From Planctomycetaceae bacterium (lineage in GTDB: Bacteria > Planctomycetota > Planctomycetia > Pirellulales > Pirellulaceae), in contig QIKY01000054.1 of assembly GCA_003233175.1 (NCBI GenBank), forward strand, positions 296 to 64,295: a stretch of 64,000 nucleotides of DNA, given 5' to 3'. The first letter of the stretch is position 1. Each line of letters opens with the position of its first letter. Position numbers and translations under genes: made by a program. Below are positions 36,092 to 43,266 of this stretch, one piece after another. Below the pieces are notes generated by a model. It did no database searches. It worked only from the letters and a program-made list of their open reading frames with translations, and was not told the origin of the DNA.

Positions 36092-37387
36092 CTACCCAAA
36101 CGCTTCCATTACCGGTTCGCCGCCGTCGACGACGCGAATCGGCCGGCCGATTCCGCTCATGTGTTCGATGTCGGCGTCGATTTTCAGGCTATGGCAGATC
36201 GTGCGTAAGAAATCGGAGACGCCAACCGGCCGATCTTCGATGCTTTCGCCGCTGGCGTCCGTCTTGCCGATCACCTGCCCGCCTTGCACGCCGCCTCCCG
36301 CCAGCACGGCGTTATACGCACGGGGGTAATGATCTCGCCCGCCGCGCCCATTGACGCGCGGCGTGCGGCCGAATTCGCCGGTCCAGACGACCAAGGTTTT
36401 GTCGAGCATGCCGCGTGTTTCCAAATCTCGAATGAGGGCGGCGAACGGTTGATCGATTTGCCCACAAAGATCGCTGGTGCGGGAGAAGTTATCAAAGTGG
36501 GTGTCCCAATTGCCGACCGATATTTCGATCGCCGGCACGCCCGCCTCCACCAGTCTGCGCGCCAGCAGGCAATCGGCCCCGAATTGGGAGTCGCCGTACT
36601 GCTTGCGAATGTGCTCTGGCTCCTGGCTCAAATCGAAAGCCGACATCTTGGGGCTCATCACCATTTGCGAAGACTTCCGATACAGTTTCCGATGTTTGGC
36701 GACTTCCTGCTTCCCTCCGTGTTCGGCGTAATGCGTCTCCAGAGAATCGAGCAGCGCGAGTCGCCGCCGGTAGCGTTTCGTGCTGGTGGCCGGTTCGGCG
36801 TTATCGGGAATGCCGCCGGCGCGGTCGACCACATAAGGATTGTAGTCGACGCCCAGAAACCCGCCCTTGGCGTTGATGCGAGAACGCCCAATGCGGACAA
36901 AACTTGGCAGTTCACTGGCGGAATCGCCCAACTGTTGCGCGATGTGCGCGCCGATTTCAGGATACTTCACGCTCGCCGTCGGCACATAACCGGTGTGCAT
37001 CAGGAATGTCGCCCGTGGATGGCTCCCTTCTTTGCTCGACATCGAACGAATCACACAGAGGCGGTCCATCACCCTAGCCACTTGGGGCAGGTTTTCGGAA
37101 ATCTGAATACCCGAAGCGGCCGTACTGATGGCTTTCGTTTCGCCGCCATTCTCGTGCCCCGGCTTAGGGGAGAAGGTTTCAAATTGGCTGGGCGCGCCTT
37201 GCATCCAAAGGATGATGCAGGCCATTCCCTTTTTTCGCAACTCTTCGGCCTTGAGCGCCATGAGGTCGGGCCAATTCACAATTCCGCCGGCCAAACCGCC
37301 GGCGCCGATTGTTTGGAGAAAACGGCGGCGGGCCAGATTCGCGGGGTGGGAATTTTTCCGGCCGGTATTTTGATGCTGATGCGACAT
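36092..37387 (-). CDS. DUF1501 domain protein (sulfatase-fold, Tat signal)
   Basis: Twin-arginine leader RRRFLQTIGAGGLAG and the C-terminal GRDHYPRAYNAVLAGGGVQGGQVIGKTD block. Confidence 0.85.
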   Translation of the reverse strand: MSHQHQNTGRKNSHPANLARRRFLQTIGAGGLAGGIVNWPDLMALKAEELRKKGMACIILWMQGAPSQFETFSPKPGHENGGETKAISTAASGIQISENLPQVARVMDRLCVIRSMSSKEGSHPRATFLMHTGYVPTASVKYPEIGAHIAQQLGDSASELPSFVRIGRSRINAKGGFLGVDYNPYVVDRAGGIPDNAEPATSTKRYRRRLALLDSLETHYAEHGGKQEVAKHRKLYRKSSQMVMSPKMSAFDLSQEPEHIRKQYGDSQFGADCLLARRLVEAGVPAIEISVGNWDTHFDNFSRTSDLCGQIDQPFAALIRDLETRGMLDKTLVVWTGEFGRTPRVNGRGGRDHYPRAYNAVLAGGGVQGGQVIGKTDASGESIEDRPVGVSDFLRTICHSLKIDADIEHMSGIGRPIRVVDGGEPVMEAFG

Positions 37388-37423
37388 ATCGTTTTGCTTC
37401 CGTAAATAATAATTTTTTTCAAA

Positions 37424-39064
37424 TTACCGCCGGTACTTGAACTCCGCCGTGTTGATCAGCGACCAAAACATGTCTTGAAAGGCTTCGAGGCGGCTGGGCG
37501 ATTCGGCTCGATAGGCCAAACAGGTTTCGATTTCCCGCTTACTTGGCCGGCGGGCCAACACGCGCAGGTAGAGGTTGGTAATCGCTTCTCGGTCGTCGTC
37601 GGTGTTGTGCATCAGTTGGCTTACGGTTCCCTCTCGCGAGGCGATCGCTCGATTGATTTGCGAGGAGTTCATCAGCGTGAGCGCCTGCGGGATCGAGCCG
37701 CCGACTTCGTCGCGCCGCTGGCTGGGGTCGAATCCGAATACGTTTTTGAAAAGAACGCGAGGACCGCGCTGCCGGCGGAACCCGGCGCCGGGGCGCCCAG
37801 CCGCGGTGGCGGGGTCGGGAAGGCCTAACGCATGAAACAACGACGTATACAGTTGGCCATCGCGCAGGGGTTGCGAGCAGTTGGCCGCGAACGGCGTTTC
37901 AATTGGAGTGCGGCGCGGCCCAGAAGCCCGACCGTAAACTTCGGTGGCCATGATGGTTCGATAAAGATTCTTGACGTTGTAGTTGGAGGCGACGAAGCTG
38001 TCGGCGAGAATCGCGAGCGTGGCGGCCGACGAACATTCGCGGTCGGGTCCGATATCGTCGACTGGTTCATAAAAACCCTCGCCGACCAACTCCGACCAAA
38101 CACGATTCACGAAGGCGTTGGCGAACCAGGGGTTTTTGTCGGACGTCATCCACCGTGCCAGCTTGCCGCGACGAAAGGCGTCGTCGGTTCCGATCTTCAC
38201 TTTTTCGCCGGTGACAAAGAAAACCGGTTGCATCAACTCGCCCGGCGCCGAAGGCGCGTTGAGGTCGGGCATGTTGTGTTCCAACGTTCCGGCGAAGCGG
38301 TTGTTGGCGTTGGGGCGGCGAAAAGCGGGGAAATTGTTGGCCACCACCAAAAAAGTGCGTTGCGGCCCCATTCTCGAAGGCCGCACCGCCACGCGGGGGA
38401 AAAATGCGGCAAGGTGATGGAACTGCTCGCGCTTCCAGCGGTCGGTGGGATGGTCGTGGCATTGCGCGCATTGAATTTGGATGCCGTTAAAAATACGGGT
38501 CAGTTCCGAAACGGTCTCTTCCGGCCTGCCCGCCTGCGCCATGATGACCGCCGTGGCGCCGTCTTCTCGAACATCACCCTCCGCCGTAACGAATGAGGCG
38601 GCAATGTCGCGCCAGGAATCATTGTCGTTAAAACGGGTTGCCAAATATTCCGTCGCAGCGCGTGCGCCGATCAGAGCCCGCTCTTCGGAGCGGCGGTAGA
38701 AGATGACGTCGGTCCAGTATTGCGCCCAGTTATTTCCGAACCGCTCGTCCGCCAGCAATGTGTCGACCAAGCGGCGCCGTTTGTTGGCGGCGGTATCGTG
38801 AACGAACGCCAAAATGGCCTTGGGCGCGGGCGGCTGTCCCACCAAATCAAGCCACACGCGGCGCAAATAGGTGGCGTCGTCGGCCGGTGGCGCGACTTTT
38901 ACGGAGGCGTCCTGGAATTCGGTGCGTAACTGGGAGTCGACCCGTCGAGTCGTTTTTTGGGGTGCGTTGTTTTCCGCCGCGCTCAAAACGGAGTCGCCCG
39001 CCGCCAAGGCCAGTGACGCCACGGCGCCGCCCACGATCCCTCCAAATAGCCACTTTCCACGCAT
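37424..39064 (-). CDS. DUF1549/DUF1553 domain protein (PSD1-type planctomycete protein)
   Basis: LRRVWLDLVGQPPAP...LLADERFGNNWAQYWTDVI (DUF1549) and CAQCHDHPTDRW...HLAAFF (DUF1553). I chose the start at MRGKWLFGG (39064); the ORF track starts at 39127. Confidence 0.85.
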   Translation of the reverse strand: MRGKWLFGGIVGGAVASLALAAGDSVLSAAENNAPQKTTRRVDSQLRTEFQDASVKVAPPADDATYLRRVWLDLVGQPPAPKAILAFVHDTAANKRRRLVDTLLADERFGNNWAQYWTDVIFYRRSEERALIGARAATEYLATRFNDNDSWRDIAASFVTAEGDVREDGATAVIMAQAGRPEETVSELTRIFNGIQIQCAQCHDHPTDRWKREQFHHLAAFFPRVAVRPSRMGPQRTFLVVANNFPAFRRPNANNRFAGTLEHNMPDLNAPSAPGELMQPVFFVTGEKVKIGTDDAFRRGKLARWMTSDKNPWFANAFVNRVWSELVGEGFYEPVDDIGPDRECSSAATLAILADSFVASNYNVKNLYRTIMATEVYGRASGPRRTPIETPFAANCSQPLRDGQLYTSLFHALGLPDPATAAGRPGAGFRRQRGPRVLFKNVFGFDPSQRRDEVGGSIPQALTLMNSSQINRAIASREGTVSQLMHNTDDDREAITNLYLRVLARRPSKREIETCLAYRAESPSRLEAFQDMFWSLINTAEFKYRR

Positions 39065-39125
39065 GAGACACCTCATCCTGATTGAATTTGCTCTTTCGAT
39101 TTGACAGGCCGCGCCGTTGGAGGTC

Positions 39126-39169
39126 ACGCTTCAGCGTGTTTTCCCCAATCAGGACACACGCTGACGCGT
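39126..39169. repeat. Hairpin repeat (same family as 35083-35126)
   Basis: acgcttcagcgtgt-N16-acacgctgacgcgt, followed by acactccagcggt. Compare gtacgctttagcgtg...cacgctaaagcgtacactccaacggt at 35083-35139. Confidence 0.7.
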
Positions 39170-39344
39170 ACACTCCAGCGGTCCCGAGAAAAGACAGTCC
39201 ACCGCCGGGCACACTCAGTAAACCCCGCAGGGCCGGGGGAGTTTCGCGGGCAGTTCCAGGAAGGCCGGCGCTGGGAGAATGAAGGCGGGTGGCGGGAAAG
39301 AATTTCCCCTTGCCAAGCAAGAGTAAGCGGTTCTTCAGAACCCA

Positions 39345-39920
39345 TTAGGTGGCCGCGAAGCCCTGGCCGCGCATTTTTTTCCGGGCGCGGCTCAAGGTGG
39401 GACCGACGCTGTTTTCGGGAATGCCGACCCGCGAACTGATTTCCTGGTAACTCTTGCCTTCGAGATGAAAAAGCCGCACAACCTCCGCTTCCGGGCCGTT
39501 TAATCCGCTCAGCAACTTGGCCACCTCTTCGCGATTGGTGAGGCGGTCTTCGGGAGATGTTCCGTTATCGGGAATGCGGCGGGTGGAATCGCCTAGATTG
39601 GCGGGTGATTTTCTATGAGCCATCTGGCGTGCGACAATCCGGCGAGCGACCACGGTCAGATACGTGGCCAAGCTGGAATTTCCGCGAAAACGCCGCAACA
39701 GCGCGAAGTCATCCCGAAAAAACCCCACAAAAACTTCCGAAACCAAGTCTTCGGTGTCTTCCGCAGAAAGATGGAACGCGCGCGCCTGAGCCGTGTGCCG
39801 CACCACATGAACGACCAAGCCGAGGTAGCGGTCGACAAAATCATCCCACGAACGGGGCGCGCGGTCGAGGCAAAGGTGGAGAAGATCGCGATCTACTTTA
39901 GAGAGGGTCACGTTAATCAC
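39345..39920 (-). CDS. ECF-type sigma-70 family RNA polymerase sigma factor
   Basis: Region 2 (DTEDLVSEVFVGFF...LATYLTVVARR) and region 4 HTH (SYQEISSRVGIPENSVGPTLSRARKKM). Confidence 0.8.
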   Translation of the reverse strand: MINVTLSKVDRDLLHLCLDRAPRSWDDFVDRYLGLVVHVVRHTAQARAFHLSAEDTEDLVSEVFVGFFRDDFALLRRFRGNSSLATYLTVVARRIVARQMAHRKSPANLGDSTRRIPDNGTSPEDRLTNREEVAKLLSGLNGPEAEVVRLFHLEGKSYQEISSRVGIPENSVGPTLSRARKKMRGQGFAAT

Positions 39921-40304
39921 CTTTCAGACGGCTACGCCACACCGCCAAGAAACCGCACTCCCAATGAAATTTCGCCAACTTACCAATGTTACGAACGACC
40001 TCGACCGGAGGCAAGCCTGATCTTTGAAGCAAAAAACGTCGATAAATCCGTGTCGGATGGCGTCTTGACACATCCGCCACACAATATTACATTGCCAAAA
40101 AACGAGGGCATAATGACGTTCAAGTCGTGTTCTCGAAACAACTTGCCACTCTTATTGCGTGCGACTGCCCTCATGGAGCCACGCTCATGGGGGGCAGGTG
40201 GTTCTTGTTTATTATTTCGCCCATTTGGGGTGGCTTGGGTGAGCCCGATTTTTTCGTGATTACCAGGCCATTTTGGCGACATCAGAAAAACCAGGGGAAT
40301 TCAA

Positions 40305-40583
40305 ATGACTCACGTCGTTGCACAGCCGTGTTTTGGATGCAAGTACACCGATTGCGTTGTCGTGTGCCCGGTCGAGTGTTTTTACGAAGGCGATAAGATG
40401 CTTTACATCCATCCGGATGAATGCATCGACTGCGAAGCCTGCGTACCGGAATGCCCGGTGGAAGCCATTTTCCACGAAGATAGCGTTCCCGACGAATGGA
40501 AAGACTTCACCGCGCTCAACGCCGACTTGGCGCCTAAGTGCGAAGTGATCACCGAGAAAAAAGACGCTCTCTGCGACGAGTGA
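40305..40583 (+). CDS. fdxA: FdxA-type ferredoxin (7Fe-type Cys pattern)
   Basis: [18 protein letters not shown] and [16 protein letters not shown]. Confidence 0.85.
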   Translation: MTHVVAQPCFGCKYTDCVVVCPVECFYEGDKMLYIHPDECIDCEACVPECPVEAIFHEDSVPDEWKDFTALNADLAPKCEVITEKKDALCDE

Positions 40584-40635
40584 AAAAAGTCGGCGCCACT
40601 AACGCTCTTGTTGGCGCCCTTGTTGGCGTCTGGAA

Positions 40636-40661
40636 GCTGGGCTTTTTCAAAAAAGCCCAGC
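40636..40661. terminator. Hairpin (family B variant) downstream of the ferredoxin gene
   Basis: gctgggctttttcaaaaaagcccagc, 53 nt after the stop at 40583, with T/A runs inside the loop. Confidence 0.45.
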
Positions 40662-40833
40662 CTCTCCATGAACTGGACACCTCCCAAACGCACGGAATAC
40701 TTTGGGCGACCGGCCTGGAGCCGAAGCGATACAAACGACGGCGGCGTCGCTCAGCCTCCGGCTTGCCGTTAAACGAGCCAATGCTAGCCGTGCGCAGTAT
40801 GGAAGGAACGGCCCTGAATTCACAAACCGAATT

Positions 40834-40866
40834 AAAAGCTCGGCATTTTGAAAATGCCGGGCTTTT
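40834..40866. repeat. Hairpin repeat family A copy
   Basis: aaaagctcggcattttgaaaatgccgggctttt, preceded by ccgaatt. Confidence 0.7.
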
Positions 40867-41408
40867 TTGCGCTGCAACTGGGTGCTTACTTCGGGACGGC
40901 GTTCTCCGTATAACAATTCGCCAGCAAATTTTACCTCGCTCGCTACAGGAGAGCCTTCCCCCTTGAAAGAGGGGGACGCATTTGGTAGATTCTCACTCTT
41001 TGCTGGTCCTGCCGGCGTCGTGGCATTATCAGCCCGTTGAAAACATATCTTGGCTTTGGGTGATGAAGCACTATCCACGGGCTGTTGGGCGAGCGGCAGA
41101 TGAAAATTTACCTAATACAAGCACGAAGCGCAAGCGAGTGAATCAGCAAACGGTCATTCCCGCATAGGCGGGAACCTAATAAACTCTCGGACTCCCGCTA
41201 CGTGCGGGTAAGGTGCTTTCCGCCGCTCGCCTTAAATCCCTAAATTCGGTTTTTTTTTACGAAGCCATGCTTGGGGCGTTCCTCGCAAAAAACATCGGCG
41301 TGGCGGCGTGATCAACGCCCTGCTGGGTGTGACGTAACCTTTCGTTGGCGTAGAATTTGCGACAATCGATGGAATTGTTGTGCAATCTCGTGAAGAAACC
41401 CACCGCCG

Positions 41409-41984
41409 ATGGCATCCAAAGAACCAACTGCGCGAAATCACTCTACCGAGTCGGCGGTGGTCGATGCGGCAGTGTTGGCGGGTTGTCGGTCTTGCGAGCG
41501 GGGCGCCCAACAGCGTCTTTACGAGTTGTCGCACCGTCAGGTGTATCGGCTCATGGTTCGCATGGTTGGATTGCAAGACGCAACCGATGTGACACAGCAG
41601 GTGTTCCTGCAGGTGTTTCGTAAAATCGACCAGTTCGCGGGCCATTCGAAGTTCGAGACATGGCTGTATCGGCTGGCCTCGAACGAAGCGCTCCAGCATC
41701 TGCGCAAAGGGCGGCGTTGGAAGTTCCAACCGCTCACCCAAGAGCCGGTGAGTCGCCACGCGAGCGAAGAAGATCGTAATGAAAACAAGGAACTCATTGA
41801 GCGAGCGCTCTCGAAAATTGATCCGGAGTTGCGTGCGATTTTCGTGCTCCGCGAGATCGAGGGGCTTACGTACCGGGAAATTGCCGAAGCAATTGAAATC
41901 CCCGAGGGAACAGTAGGGTCGCGGCTGAATCGAGCACGACGCGAACTGCAGCAGCACCTAGCCGACTTGGGTTGGGAGCCATGA
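41409..41984 (+). CDS. ECF sigma factor
   Basis: DVTQQVFLQVFRKIDQF...FETWLYRLASNEAL (region 2) and LTYREIAEAIEIPEGTVGSRLNRARRELQ (region 4). Confidence 0.85.
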   Translation: MASKEPTARNHSTESAVVDAAVLAGCRSCERGAQQRLYELSHRQVYRLMVRMVGLQDATDVTQQVFLQVFRKIDQFAGHSKFETWLYRLASNEALQHLRKGRRWKFQPLTQEPVSRHASEEDRNENKELIERALSKIDPELRAIFVLREIEGLTYREIAEAIEIPEGTVGSRLNRARRELQQHLADLGWEP

Positions 41985-42829
41985 ATATGAATTGTTTGGA
42001 AGTCCAGGAATCACTTGCTGCCTACTTCGACGGTGAAATCGCCGCCGACGTGCGTTCGATCATGGAAACGCATCTGGGCCGGTGCGCCGAATGCACGCGA
42101 GATCTGGCCGGATTCAAGCAGATCTCGGTGATGACGCGCGCTCTGCAAACGCCGTCGCCGCCAGATTCTCTGTGGGCTCAAATAGAACAACAACTCGATC
42201 AGCAGCCGCTGGCTGTTTCGGCTGAGCAGCCCAGAACGTGGGCTTCCTTGGCGCCTAGGTTATTCGCGTTGGCGGCCACGGTTGTGGTCGCCCTGGGGCT
42301 AGGCTCCTTTATCTACGATTCATGGATTGCGCAAGGCGAGCACCCTCGGTTTGCTGTTGAGTTCGGGCAATACGTCGATGGATTTCGTCGAGATCCTATC
42401 GCCGCCCAACAAATTTTCCTGGCGAAATACGAGAGCCAGCTTGTTGACCCGCAGCAGGCGATCCAGCATGTGGGTTACCACCCTGCTGTTGCCAGAGGTC
42501 TGCCGGAAGGCTACACGCTCGTTTCGACGCATGTCGTGAAAATGCCCTGTTGCACCTGTGTGCAAGCCCTTTGCAAACGCAGCGACGGCAGCACGTTGGC
42601 TATTTTCGAGCACGACGAGAATCAAACCACCGAATGGTTTGGCGACAGCCCCGAAACGATGGCCGCCTGCCACGATAAACAATGTTGTTTTGTCCAATTG
42701 GATGGGCAGCTTGCAGCGAGTTGGCGGCAAGGCACGCGCCATATCACGATGCTTGGCGTGGAAGATGCCGCGGAAGTCAGTCAGATGGTCGCCTGGATGG
42801 ATGAAAACAAGGCGCCCTTGCCTGATTAA
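41981..42829 (+). CDS. Anti-sigma factor (zf-HC2) with single TM and Cys-rich extracytoplasmic domain
   Basis: ATGA overlap with the sigma gene stop. HLGRCAECTRDL (Hx3Cx2C). TM segment LFALAATVVVALGLGSFIY. The C-terminal domain has CCTCVQALC and ACHDKQCC. Confidence 0.75.
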   Translation: MNMNCLEVQESLAAYFDGEIAADVRSIMETHLGRCAECTRDLAGFKQISVMTRALQTPSPPDSLWAQIEQQLDQQPLAVSAEQPRTWASLAPRLFALAATVVVALGLGSFIYDSWIAQGEHPRFAVEFGQYVDGFRRDPIAAQQIFLAKYESQLVDPQQAIQHVGYHPAVARGLPEGYTLVSTHVVKMPCCTCVQALCKRSDGSTLAIFEHDENQTTEWFGDSPETMAACHDKQCCFVQLDGQLAASWRQGTRHITMLGVEDAAEVSQMVAWMDENKAPLPD

Positions 42830-42931
42830 AGGCGTTCAAAAAGCAAGGGCGTTCAAAAAATAAAGGCGAGGGGCAGGCCTTTACGCTTGCGGCAGATGAG
42901 AATTTACCAACCACATTTTTCTCGGTCGCCA

Positions 42932-42964
42932 AAAAGCCCGGCATTTTGAAAATGCCGGGCTTTT
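42932..42964. repeat. Hairpin repeat family A copy (opposite orientation)
   Basis: aaaagcccggcattttgaaaatgccgggctttt. The flanks match the other copies when reverse-complemented. Confidence 0.7.
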
Positions 42965-42979
42965 AACTCGGCGCCTTTT

Positions 42980-43070
42980 CGTTTAACGGCGAGCCGAAGG
43001 CGGCTGCGTTTTGAAGCTGTGCGTACGAGCAAGACAGAAAACGCAGCCGCCTTCGGCTTGCCGTTAAACG
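42980..43070. repeat. Long hairpin: 33-nt arms, one mismatch, 25-nt loop
   Basis: cgtttaacggcgagccgaaggcggctgcgtttt (42980-43012) against aaaacgcagccgccttcggcttgccgttaaacg (43038-43070). Confidence 0.85.
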
Positions 43071-43266
43071 AGCCATTGGTAGCCGTGAGAAGTATATATT
43101 CTATTCTAAAAGCAATACTTAAGTTTTCGTCGAGCGGCGGGCGCACTTCTTTTTTTCTCATCGCCAGACTACGACAATCGCCTGTGTGAAAATCGTCGAG
43201 TTGACGAAATCGCGTGAAGAAAAAGCCTTCCACCGCATCTAACCGAACGACTCGCGAAAGGACCGT

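Noticed and set aside
36284-37405. 373-aa + strand ORF antisense to the DUF1501 gene
   Set aside because: The DUF1501 reading frame has a Tat signal and conserved family blocks. The antisense frame has none and shows GC-driven composition.
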